Source: a virus. From it: a stretch of 64,000 nucleotides of DNA. Made by a program: the position numbers and the translations under genes. Where the stretch lies: positions 1-64,000 of the IMG/VR virus record IMGVR_UViG_3300045988_180675. One strand, 5' to 3'. Positions 18,607 to 27,059 of the stretch are shown one piece after another. The first letter of the stretch is position 1. The number at the start of each line of letters is the position of its first letter. The notes below the pieces were generated by a model. It was not told the origin of the DNA. It worked only from the letters and a program-made list of their open reading frames with translations, and did not search any database.

Positions 18607-19422
18607 CTATTCAAACACAACTCTGTTTTCTTTAACCAAATCAGAGTTCTTGATATTCTCTGCTGTTACTGAACCTGTCTTCACATGCACCTTTAACTCA
18701 GGACTACATGATTTTTGCAAACAGAACAGGCTAGATAGTTTTGAGACGTTTTCAGGAAGATAAATATCCTTCAAATTTTCTCCGCTGAATACCCAAGCGT
18801 CAATCTTTTCCACAGACTCTGGTAATATAATCTTCTCCAATGAAGGCAATGAAAGCATTGAATCTTCACAAAGAACAGCCAAAGACTTGCCAAACTCAAT
18901 ATACTTTAACTTTGGGTTGTTGGACAAGGCAGATTCTCTAACAGATACTAGGCTGTCAGGAAGTACGATTGCCTCCACATTAGGTAGTTCAGATAAAGAA
19001 TGTGGATTGATCATCTTTACTGGTCTACCGTTAATCTTGGAAGGTACATGCACCACTCTTGATTCTGATGTACAGCCTGTAATGTTGTAACTATTTGTAT
19101 ATTCGTTCCACTCGTAAGTGAAATAGTTCTTACTTGTTTCTGGGAAGTTTCTAAAATTCCCCTCTGTAATTTCAACTCCAGTTAAATCTGGTTCAGGCTT
19201 TTTCTCTTCCAGCTCTTCTTTTGGTTCTATATAGAGTTTCGCACCAGTTTCGGTTGTTCTGTATTCGCCCTCTCCATCGTTTTGCACTCCATCCTTTTTG
19301 GAACTATTTTCTGTTTGTTGTGCTGTAGTATTTGACTCTGTTTGAGAGTCGTTCTTTTTGGAAGAACATCCAATAGTAAACATTATTAAAGATGCTAATC
19401 CAATCTTAATTAGCTTATTCAT
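18607..19422 (-). CDS. lipoprotein with BspA-type leucine-rich repeats
   Basis: Lipobox FTIGC. C-terminal repeats of the type LPDSLVSVRESALSNNPKLKYIEF / LPESVEKIDAWVFSGENLKDIYLP. ATGA overlap with the upstream gene. Confidence 0.65.
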   Translation of the reverse strand: MNKLIKIGLASLIMFTIGCSSKKNDSQTESNTTAQQTENSSKKDGVQNDGEGEYRTTETGAKLYIEPKEELEEKKPEPDLTGVEITEGNFRNFPETSKNYFTYEWNEYTNSYNITGCTSESRVVHVPSKINGRPVKMINPHSLSELPNVEAIVLPDSLVSVRESALSNNPKLKYIEFGKSLAVLCEDSMLSLPSLEKIILPESVEKIDAWVFSGENLKDIYLPENVSKLSSLFCLQKSCSPELKVHVKTGSVTAENIKNSDLVKENRVVFE

Positions 19423-19625
19423 TTCGTAAATCCTTCACGTTTATGATTCTTGTCGTAGAATCCTGCTAACTTTTCTGCAATTGAAAGCGTCATATTGTCT
19501 AGTGAATACTTGCTGTTACGATATTTTGACAAAGAGGAAATCTGGATTCCTGTCTCCTTTGCAATCTCGTAAGAGCTAATTCCGCTCTCTAACACTTTTA
19601 AAACTTTTTCTCTGATCTTTTCCAT
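19419..19625 (-). CDS. small helix-turn-helix protein
   Basis: 68 aa. SSYEIAKETGIQISSLSKYRN resembles an XRE-type HTH. Confidence 0.5.
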   Translation of the reverse strand: MEKIREKVLKVLESGISSYEIAKETGIQISSLSKYRNSKYSLDNMTLSIAEKLAGFYDKNHKREGFTK

Positions 19626-19649
19626 TGTTGTTTTTGTTTCCTTTCTTTT

Positions 19650-20090
19650 TTAGTTTGTTCCAGTTGAGCCAAATCCACCACGATCCTGGTTGCCTAGGTG
19701 CTTGACTTCAACAAGATGGATGTCTGGCTGATTCTTCACAATCCTAAACTGGCAAATGCGGTCGCCTTTCTTAATTGATGTCCCTTCTTTACGGAGGCAA
19801 AGCACTGGCATTCGCCAAATGTCTCCATCGCCACAATAGCTGCAGTCGATTACGCCCATGCTATTCGTTTGGACGATTCCCCACTTCTTGAATGTGGATG
19901 ATCGAGGAACCACGTGAGCTTCATATCCTTCTGGTAATTGAATTGACACTCCTAGGCTAATGAGTGCAGACTCCATGAATTCCAATGTCACATCCTCTGC
20001 TGCACGTAGATCGAACCAGTCACCACCTTTGATCTCTGCAATGTGTTCAATATCATCGTGATACTTTACTAAAATTGTTACTTCTTCCAT
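19650..20090 (-). CDS. dut: dUTP diphosphatase
   Basis: dUTPase motifs [16 protein letters not shown] and C-terminal GGFGSTG. 146 aa. Confidence 0.85.
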   Translation of the reverse strand: MEEVTILVKYHDDIEHIAEIKGGDWFDLRAAEDVTLEFMESALISLGVSIQLPEGYEAHVVPRSSTFKKWGIVQTNSMGVIDCSYCGDGDIWRMPVLCLRKEGTSIKKGDRICQFRIVKNQPDIHLVEVKHLGNQDRGGFGSTGTN

Positions 20091-20150
20091 TTTTATATCC
20101 TTTCTTTAGTCCTTTGATATGATTACGATTTTTACCGTCTTTTGAAACTG

Positions 20151-20375
20151 CTAATGCCCAAGGTATCTCTTTTCAATAGCATCTCGAAATTCAGAATTTA
20201 CCCATTCTTCATCGTAGCCCAGGGCTATCAATGAAACTCTAACAGCTTTTATATAGCGAGGATACCCATTAGAATTATGGATTTCGTCATATAGTTCTAA
20301 TCTTCCAATATCATCAATAAATTTATTCATTTCATCTTTATTCATAATAGCTTTGCGATTTTTAATCTCTGTCAT
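20151..20375 (-). CDS. hypothetical protein
   Basis: 74-aa ORF with an AAAGGA RBS. Confidence 0.45.
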   Translation of the reverse strand: MTEIKNRKAIMNKDEMNKFIDDIGRLELYDEIHNSNGYPRYIKAVRVSLIALGYDEEWVNSEFRDAIEKRYLGH

Positions 20376-20407
20376 TTTTAGTCCTTTCTTCTAGTTGTTT
20401 AATGTAA

Positions 20408-20725
20408 TTACGATTTTATTCGTTTGAAGCCTATTTCTTGATCACCTTCTTCTTCTACAATGTACTCTGTACCTTTTACTTCCTTCTGTAGTAATTCTGC
20501 GTCGCTATCTCCTAGTTCCTTTTTGATTTCTGTTTCATCGAATCCCCTATGTGTATAGAGTGGTAATAATGACTGAAAAGATCCTCTTTCGTTATTATGG
20601 TTTACATCTTCTAATATTACCTTTCCGTCTATCACAACGAAAATCTTATTTTGTTTTACGCAGTTAATATTTTTAATTTTCTTTAGAAATCTTCCAATTT
20701 CTTCTAACTCCTTTTCTAATGTCAT
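20408..20725 (-). CDS. hypothetical protein
   Basis: Start moved to MTLEKELEE (ATG 20725). The track start at 20815 lies inside a terminator hairpin and upstream of a TTGCTT-17-TATAAT promoter. Confidence 0.5.
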   Translation of the reverse strand: MTLEKELEEIGRFLKKIKNINCVKQNKIFVVIDGKVILEDVNHNNERGSFQSLLPLYTHRGFDETEIKKELGDSDAELLQKEVKGTEYIVEEEGDQEIGFKRIKS

Positions 20726-20794
20726 ATTTTTTTCTCTCTTCCTACATTTATTATATTCTAAGAAGAAAATAAAAGCAAGTAGTTTGGAAAAATA

Positions 20795-20827
20795 AAAAAA
20801 GGCTGCATATTGCAACCTCTTTTTTTA
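20795..20827 (-). terminator. hairpin plus U-run terminator at the end of the TnpB-associated non-coding tail
   Basis: AGGTTGCA-ata-TGCAGCCT with flanking T/A runs. Confidence 0.5.
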
Positions 20828-21099
20828 TTCTTCACCAAATACTTCTTCCCACGATAGGAAGCCGCCTTCTTTACATCTTTCGGTCTCTACCGTAACTAGA
20901 AAATATAAAACTTTATTTCTGGATCAATTTTAGAGTTTTTCAACTCAAGGTCTTACGGTTAACCTATTCCACTTCAACTCACTCTATTTCGACTTGTGCC
21001 ACACAATAAAGATTGTCGCTGAAGCTTCTGGATAAACAACATCCTAAAGGGAAATGCCCAACTGTCTTGCGTTGATACATCTATATAGGATTGATTGTG
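20828..21099 (-). ncRNA. candidate omega/reRNA-like guide RNA scaffold downstream of the tnpB-like gene
   Basis: 272-nt ORF-free, GC-richer tail directly 3' of the TnpB-like ORF. Multiple hairpins: GAGTT-gaaa-AACTC, CGGT-agag-ACCG, GAAG-gcgg-CTTC, CTTCC-tatcgtg-GGAAG. The position matches where TnpB-family omega RNAs are encoded. Confidence 0.4.
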
Positions 21100-22440
21100 T
21101 TAAAGACTTTTAACGGTGTCTTTATAACCTTGTCCACGTCTAGCGATAACATACGAGGCTCCGACGTGAACATTAAGCTTCATAGTTGGACAATAGAGTT
21201 TTTCTGCTAACCAAGATGTCCAGGCTGGGTTAACTTTTATTAGTGTTACTTTGTTTTGGTAGGCAGCACCTTCAATAATGTTAGTGAATTGCCGATAGGC
21301 TAAAGAATGAAGCATTTCATTATGCCGTCTGCTTTGTTTGGCTTCAGTTTTAGACCTTTTCGTTCCGAAGTCGAGATCTTCAATACAGATGTCTTTGCCT
21401 TTTTGATATGCTAATGTTGTTACATGATTCGCAATTTTTTGTAGATCTGTTTTGGTTTTATTTCCAGATCTAAAACGATAGGGTAGAAGTTGCGTTCTCA
21501 CCAAATGTCCATACTGATTAGTTTCCGATAATGTGACAAACCCTTTATTAAAATCTAAGCCAATCGTCCCATAGTCGGAACAGGTAAAGAAGTTATTTGT
21601 ATCTGCTTGAATTTCAAAGGTACAATATAAGTGATATCGACCATTCTCTTTGATGATCCTATAAGATAATGGACTATTCTTGTTTTTTAGAATGGATATG
21701 ATTTTATCTTTGTGATGATTGAAATAGATCTCTCCATAAATAAATTTGTCTCTAGTATTAGCTGAGTATTTTTTGAAATCCTTACGTAATTTGATCGTAA
21801 ATTGGTTATTCTTCCGATTGTATGTCAGCTGCAAGTTTTGGTTGCAACAAACCTCTTCCTTAGCCCCGACAAATATTATTTGGCTGTCACGTTGTTCAAT
21901 GAATCTATCGTAATTTTGTTTTAATAATCGCTTCGTGCCAAAGCAAAGTTTTAATCTACCTGATTCTAGTTGATAATTCAAATTAACAAGCTTCTGTTTT
22001 AGACGATTTAATTTAGCCTTTTTGGAAACAATTTTTGACCTTAGATTTCGTTGTTTGATTGGTGAAACGAGCGTTCCATCTTGAAGTAACCTTGAATTAC
22101 TGTTTCTCTTCTCAACTAATTTAGGAATGAGTTGCTCTTCAAGATAACTAATCTTATGCCTTAATTGATTTACTTCATATCGCTTTAGTTCTTTTAGCGA
22201 ATTAAAGCGTCCTTGAGCATCTAAAATAATTGAGTTCGCAGTCCTTTTAGTGATATCATAAGAACATTGTAAGTAAGCATTAAAATTGGACTTATTAAAA
22301 TTTTCTGAAGTTCTGAGAGTATAGAAAGTTTCACGTACTGCCTTAGCGTATTCACTACGAGAAGCTTCTATGTATTTGATTAGTTCCAAGTTATTCTTTT
22401 CGTGTAGCTGTGTTACTACTGTAAACTTACGCTTCTGCAT
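21100..22440 (-). CDS. tnpB: TnpB-like (IS200/IS605 accessory, RuvC-fold) protein with a degenerate C-terminal nuclease/Zn-finger region
   Basis: 446 aa with an AAAGGAG RBS. RuvC-I TIGLDFNKG, RuvC-II ICIEDLDF, NPAWTS block, C-terminal ASYVIARRG (compare NAAxNIxRRG). Only one Cys where CxxC..CxxC is expected. A His sits where I align the third catalytic Asp. No TnpA nearby. Confidence 0.75.
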   Translation of the reverse strand: MQKRKFTVVTQLHEKNNLELIKYIEASRSEYAKAVRETFYTLRTSENFNKSNFNAYLQCSYDITKRTANSIILDAQGRFNSLKELKRYEVNQLRHKISYLEEQLIPKLVEKRNSNSRLLQDGTLVSPIKQRNLRSKIVSKKAKLNRLKQKLVNLNYQLESGRLKLCFGTKRLLKQNYDRFIEQRDSQIIFVGAKEEVCCNQNLQLTYNRKNNQFTIKLRKDFKKYSANTRDKFIYGEIYFNHHKDKIISILKNKNSPLSYRIIKENGRYHLYCTFEIQADTNNFFTCSDYGTIGLDFNKGFVTLSETNQYGHLVRTQLLPYRFRSGNKTKTDLQKIANHVTTLAYQKGKDICIEDLDFGTKRSKTEAKQSRRHNEMLHSLAYRQFTNIIEGAAYQNKVTLIKVNPAWTSWLAEKLYCPTMKLNVHVGASYVIARRGQGYKDTVKSL

Positions 22441-22514
22441 TACGGCTCCTTTCTATTTAACAGTATTATCTAATCAAATTTTATCAAATAAAGTATAAAA
22501 AAAGAAGAAATAAT

Positions 22515-23141
22515 TTATATTTCTTCTTTTTCTTCTAATGCATCTTCCCAAGAAAGGATATATCCATTCTTGTCTCTTCTCGTTTCCACCCACCATAATC
22601 TTTCGTATCGGGCGTAGTCGTCATCCAATTGCGAGCGGTACAGGCGTTTCCCATTTTTCTCCTTAATGAATTTCATAAGTGGATTTTCGTCTGTAAAAGA
22701 GAAACTTCCATCGTCGTAAACATTATCGAGAATGTCTTCTTCACATTCATTGATGTCTGTGAACTTTGCATTGTACACTTTACCGTCCAAATATTCCTGG
22801 AATACAGTTAGGTCTTCGTTTACCAAGTCGATAAATTCGTCTTCATCCATCTTTTCTGTAGTAAATGCAAAACCTAGAACTTCTCCTTCAGGTTTTTCTG
22901 TGGACTTCACTGCCTGCAACTTTCCTGAGATTTCTGTGAAAGAAACCATTTGGAAATTTTCTGCGTCTTTCGGTAGTTCACGGTCCATCATCTTAAAGTG
23001 ATCTGAGATGAAGAAGATGTTGCGATCTTCTCTACAGTTTAGCGGACAAAATTCAACAAAATTTGCAATTGGGTTGATTGGAGTTTCCTCCTTTTTAATG
23101 ATTAAAACTTGCCCTTCTTGATTAACATAAATCTTTTCCAT
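22515..23141 (-). CDS. hypothetical acidic protein
   Basis: 208-aa ORF with a strong AAGGAGG RBS. N-terminus resembles that of 23158..23916. Confidence 0.55.
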   Translation of the reverse strand: MEKIYVNQEGQVLIIKKEETPINPIANFVEFCPLNCREDRNIFFISDHFKMMDRELPKDAENFQMVSFTEISGKLQAVKSTEKPEGEVLGFAFTTEKMDEDEFIDLVNEDLTVFQEYLDGKVYNAKFTDINECEEDILDNVYDDGSFSFTDENPLMKFIKEKNGKRLYRSQLDDDYARYERLWWVETRRDKNGYILSWEDALEEKEEI

Positions 23142-23157
23142 TTTATTTTCCTCCTTC

Positions 23158-23916
23158 TTACTTGTAAATTTTCTCGAACTCTTCTACTGTTTCTTGAAAA
23201 GATAGGTACTTCTCGTGTGTACTGATAAATCTTTCAGATGAGATCACCCATTTGTTAGATGTGCATCCAAGTTCATCAAATACATCCTTTTGTAGTTCGT
23301 AATACTGGATGCCCTGCTTTCTTGGTAAATGCTTCATCAAATCGAAATACAAATGATCGTCGTCACTGTAGAGGTTCCCGATCGAATCGGAAGTTCCATC
23401 TGGGCGTTCCAATAGAGCGTAACATACAGAACCATTACAATATTCTGTATAATCTTCAAGATTCTTTTCTACGATATTGTAGAATTCTTCTTTGTTTTTG
23501 AGTGAGAAGTGTTCATCCTTTTTACTCAAGCAAGCAAATCCAGTCAAGGCTCCATTGATATGTGTTGAAAATCTTGATGTGCCATGTTGGAACACCAGTA
23601 TTGGAGCTACCCAAAACTTATCGCCATCATTGATACGATCGAATAATTTGTTAACGCCTAGGTTCTCACACTCATATTTTTCGATCAAATTTGGATAACC
23701 ATCAAGCTCTTCTTCATACCTTTCTTGTTCTTCTTTTGAAGTTTGAAGATTAGGATAAAGAAGTCCGTCTAGTCCTTCCCAATTGTCATTATCTGTCATT
23801 TTGTGATTACCACACGAAATGAATTTGATTGAATAACACTCTTCTTCTAATGGGTTTAGTGGTTCTGGGTCCTGTGATACCGTCAAAATCTCGTTGTTTT
23901 CGTTGATGTAAATCAT
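23158..23916 (-). CDS. hypothetical protein
   Basis: Start moved to MIYINENNEIL (ATG 23916, AGGAGG RBS). The track extension to 24081 would read through a terminator hairpin. Confidence 0.55.
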   Translation of the reverse strand: MIYINENNEILTVSQDPEPLNPLEEECYSIKFISCGNHKMTDNDNWEGLDGLLYPNLQTSKEEQERYEEELDGYPNLIEKYECENLGVNKLFDRINDGDKFWVAPILVFQHGTSRFSTHINGALTGFACLSKKDEHFSLKNKEEFYNIVEKNLEDYTEYCNGSVCYALLERPDGTSDSIGNLYSDDDHLYFDLMKHLPRKQGIQYYELQKDVFDELGCTSNKWVISSERFISTHEKYLSFQETVEEFEKIYK

Positions 23917-24029
23917 ATTTAATTTTCCTCCTATAGCCATTTTTGGCTCTATTATTTTCTGCCTTATTTGAATATTTTCTCCATGATCGTCAAATAAAGT
24001 CATATTTATTATGCGATACGAAAGAAAAT

Positions 24030-24829
24030 AAAAAAACCACCATACAGGTGGTAAAAGAGAGTGTTTGGAGATTTTAACCAAACTTATTCACCTTTGACAA
24101 CTCTAAACTACATAGCACAGAGGGCTTCCCCTTACTTACGACACCACTACAGATTGAGCCATACAGAATGATAACCTGAGCCTGAAGATGTACGGTCTTC
24201 GACTTTTATCACCAATCCCCGAAGGGATCCAAGCTGTAACAGGATTGATACCTGCCGTGTTCACTAACCATTCAGTCAAAAATAGTTTTTTCGCATTCTA
24301 CTTGTGCGGATCTTTCCAATTTGAACTGAACACGCTTTAGCTACTTACACCAACTTTCTGACGATTTATTTCGTATATATTTCTACATACGTTTTCTTGT
24401 GTTCTGCCACCTTGATTCGAATTTCCTACTAACTACATGGTTTTCGACGCCACTAGGTTTTAGGATTCTAGGGTAATGCTATTCACATTACCTTTCAATT
24501 ACGATTGGCACGTCTTTGTTGTGCTGTATCCTCATAGTATGTAGCACTAGATCCTTGATACTCCTACCTCTGTTTCGAGCGAAGAAGCTGTCCATACACT
24601 TCAATATATAGTATGGTCAATGGTTGGCTTAAAGTATCCTTTAAGTTGAGCCACATCATTCAGACCTATCCCAGAGCCATGGTCTTGGCTTTCGATTTCT
24701 CACACTGGGTTCAGTGCTACGCAGTTTAAAGTTGTCAAAGAACTTTAGCGACTGGCAATGATATGATAAAGTGAATCGCTAGATATCATTACCAAATTTC
24801 CGTCCACGTCATGTGGTATCGGTGCTACA
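24030..24829 (-). ncRNA. ~800-nt candidate giant structured ncRNA (GOLLD/ROOL size class or novel)
   Basis: No ORF of 60 aa or more in any frame. Promoter TTGACA(24864-24859)-17 nt-TAATAT(24841-24836). Terminator ACCACC-loop-GGTGGT plus U-run at 24052-24030. GC visibly above the flanks. C(UUCG)G tetraloop hairpin at 24214-24230. Perfect 7-bp hairpins at 24472-24492 and 24628-24645. 5'/3' closing helix 24812-24820 with 24110-24118. Confidence 0.6.
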
Positions 24830-24835
24830 TCTATG

Positions 24836-24864
24836 ATATTAACATAACATCATTTTACTGTCAA
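24836..24864 (-). promoter_or_regulatory. sigma-A type promoter of the large ncRNA
   Basis: TTGACA, 17-nt spacer, TAATAT. Confidence 0.6.
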
Positions 24865-24878
24865 TACATTTTTAGAAA

Positions 24879-25160
24879 TTATTTTAAATATTTTCTCTGA
24901 TGTTTAAATTCTGATGTTGGTGTGAAATTAGATGCCATGTCTCTAGCCTTCATGTCTTTTCTCATCTTCCCCTCTAATTGGGCTTCTTTTTGTGTTAAGG
25001 ATCTATCTAAGTGATCCACCAATTCTGATAGTCGAAAGCCCTGTCTTTCCAATATATTTTTCTGTAATTCATCTAAATATGGATGCAATTCTGTTGGACA
25101 TGTTTCTTTAATCACTTCGATTTCTCTACATACACCCATTTTGCTAAAATATTCTCTCAT
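24879..25160 (-). CDS. hypothetical protein
   Basis: 93-aa ORF with an AGGAAGGA RBS. Confidence 0.5.
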   Translation of the reverse strand: MREYFSKMGVCREIEVIKETCPTELHPYLDELQKNILERQGFRLSELVDHLDRSLTQKEAQLEGKMRKDMKARDMASNFTPTSEFKHQRKYLK

Positions 25161-25186
25161 CTTATTTCCTTCCTTTTTTGTATTCC

Positions 25187-25960
25187 TTAAAGAGAGTATG
25201 CATTTCTGACAATCTTACAAATTTCGTCAAATTGATCTGCTACTTTAAGTGCTTCTGTAATACTTTCTTTTGTAATTTCTTCGTAACGATTATTTAACAG
25301 TTTTACGGTGCGACCTTTGTAGATAATATCCACATATACAGTAGACCAATAATTGTTGAGGTTAACACAGATTGTTAAATCATCATTAGGTTTAAATTCA
25401 AAGTTTCTAGGATAATCAATTGTAAACCCGTTTTCTTTTGAAAATCTTACCGATGAACCGCTTTTAAGTTGTTCGTTAATCATAGGAGACAACAATTCTA
25501 AAAGTTTGTAAATATTTACATTTTTGATTGCGAGTCTATATCTACCAAGGTTGCCACCGCCATATAATTGTACTAATCTTTTTTCATATAGGTTTTCGCC
25601 CATATTGTTGATCTTGTGCTTGCTTGGCAAATTAGACATTCTTTTAACATCGTACTTAACTTTAAATGTGTAAAGCTTCTTTGTTGTCGGATTAAATGCA
25701 TGTATCACTGTTTCGTATACGCCTTCTCCAACACTCTTGTATACTCTGGATGTCTTGTTAATTGCATCTAAGGTGTCTGTAAGTAGTTTTCCTGTAAAAC
25801 TGTTATATTTAACAAGATCTTTTCTCAGTTGAGATATAACCTCATTCTTTGTGCCACAAAAGTTACCATATACTTCGCTACACAAATGATCGGTATTTGC
25901 TATTACATTTGTATTTTTGATAATTAGTTGAACATTGCAGTTCTTGCTTAATTTTTTCAT
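25187..25960 (-). CDS. hypothetical protein
   Basis: 257-aa ORF with an AAAGGAG RBS and a TTGACA-17-TATAAT promoter at about 26000-26030. Confidence 0.55.
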   Translation of the reverse strand: MKKLSKNCNVQLIIKNTNVIANTDHLCSEVYGNFCGTKNEVISQLRKDLVKYNSFTGKLLTDTLDAINKTSRVYKSVGEGVYETVIHAFNPTTKKLYTFKVKYDVKRMSNLPSKHKINNMGENLYEKRLVQLYGGGNLGRYRLAIKNVNIYKLLELLSPMINEQLKSGSSVRFSKENGFTIDYPRNFEFKPNDDLTICVNLNNYWSTVYVDIIYKGRTVKLLNNRYEEITKESITEALKVADQFDEICKIVRNAYSL

Positions 25961-26046
25961 TTTTGTTTTCTCCTTTTGTATATCTATATTATATTCTATA
26001 AAGAAAGTAATGTCAAATAAAAAAAGCCAGTTATGAAACTGACCTT

Positions 26047-27057
26047 TTAGTGGTTAAGTGACAAATTTTCAATATCCTTAACATTCCAAAGAACTATATA
26101 ATTTAATTTGTTTTTCTTTGCTGTTTCTCGTTTTTCTATATCACCAATACTCCATACTTTAACTGCTTTTTTATAATTCTCGCTAGTTTTAGCATGTTCT
26201 ATCCAAAGTGACAATTTTTCAACGTCTTCTACAGAATTCTTATCAAACCAGTGTTCTCCATGGTGCCAAAATCCATTATATTCAATAAAGGTATCAATTG
26301 ATTTTATATAGAAATCGCACTTATATGGATATCTTTCGCAAAAATACTCTCTAAAAACATCTTCTGCTCCAAATTCTAAAACCAATTTTTTATACAATAA
26401 TTCTTCAGGAATAGAAAAACTAAACGAATTATTTTTGTGCATTGTTAATGATTTTCTTTTTATCATTGCATCTGAACTAGCTATTTTTCGTATTTTTGCT
26501 CTTCCCCAATTAGTCTTTGTCCATGATGTTTCTCCGTAATTAGCAAGAGATGTGGTTGCTTTTTTCTGATTCACCTCATCAATATTCTCGCTGATTGCAT
26601 TCATAGCTTTTTCTCTAACTTCTGGCAACTGAAACAAAGATCTAACGCCATATTTATCCAAAAGTGTAGTTTCTATCTTCTCTTTTACCGACTCAGATTG
26701 AAACCCCCAAGGAACGCCATACTTCTCCATAAAAACCTCAGAAGTCTTCTCTTTTATCTGTTCAGATTTTGCTGGATAATTTACACCAAATAATTTTTGG
26801 TTCGTTTCTTCTCTTTTTCTTTTTGTCTTTTCGTCAATTGCGGAACATTTACAACTGCAATGTTTTGAGTATCCGTAATTGGTTCCCAGAAAAATAGTTT
26901 GGTTTCCACAAAAGCAAATCCCCTCATTGGGGGATTTTTTTAGATATTTATCATAATATTCTTTTACTGTGATATGGTGAGAGTTTCTAATGTGTCCCGA
27001 TAGACTTCTTTGGCTTTTGAATTCTTTCCCACATTCCTTACAAAGAAAATTACTCAT
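26047..27057 (-). CDS. C2H2 zinc-finger protein with a C-terminal Vsr/PD-(D/E)xK-like nuclease signature (homing-endonuclease-like)
   Basis: Start moved to MSNFLCKECGKEFKSQRSLSGHIRNSH (ATG 27057). Internal ~30-aa KYGV.. repeats. C-terminal CDFYIKSIDTFIEYNGFWHHGEHWF resembles the D..(I/V)E.nG..WH nuclease core. Confidence 0.45.
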   Translation of the reverse strand: MSNFLCKECGKEFKSQRSLSGHIRNSHHITVKEYYDKYLKKSPNEGICFCGNQTIFLGTNYGYSKHCSCKCSAIDEKTKRKREETNQKLFGVNYPAKSEQIKEKTSEVFMEKYGVPWGFQSESVKEKIETTLLDKYGVRSLFQLPEVREKAMNAISENIDEVNQKKATTSLANYGETSWTKTNWGRAKIRKIASSDAMIKRKSLTMHKNNSFSFSIPEELLYKKLVLEFGAEDVFREYFCERYPYKCDFYIKSIDTFIEYNGFWHHGEHWFDKNSVEDVEKLSLWIEHAKTSENYKKAVKVWSIGDIEKRETAKKNKLNYIVLWNVKDIENLSLNH

Positions 27058-27059
27058 AC

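Noticed and set aside
20828-20860. An in-window target for the putative TnpB-like guide (about AAGTATTTGGTGAAGAAT).
   Set aside because: By eye I found only a partial 9-nt match (GGTGAAGAA near 2711-2722), which is not meaningful. A computational search of the full host and element sequence is needed.
23917-24081. N-terminal 55 codons of track ORF 23158..24081 (MVKISKHSLLPPVWWFFYF..).
   Set aside because: This segment spans the ACCACC/GGTGGT plus U-run terminator and has no RBS. A strong AGGAGG RBS precedes the internal ATG at 23916, whose N-terminus resembles the neighbouring paralog.
24030-24829. Whether the 0.8-kb non-coding locus is a group II intron, an rRNA/tmRNA/RNase P fragment or a tRNA cluster.
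   Set aside because: No GUGYG 5' end and no recognisable domain V (the GAGCC..ACGGUC stretch near 24178-24200 does not fold as DV). No intron-encoded RT and no interrupted host gene. It is too long for tmRNA or RNase P. The palindromic ATTCGAAT at 24415-24422 is not flanked by a T-arm, so I see no tRNA.
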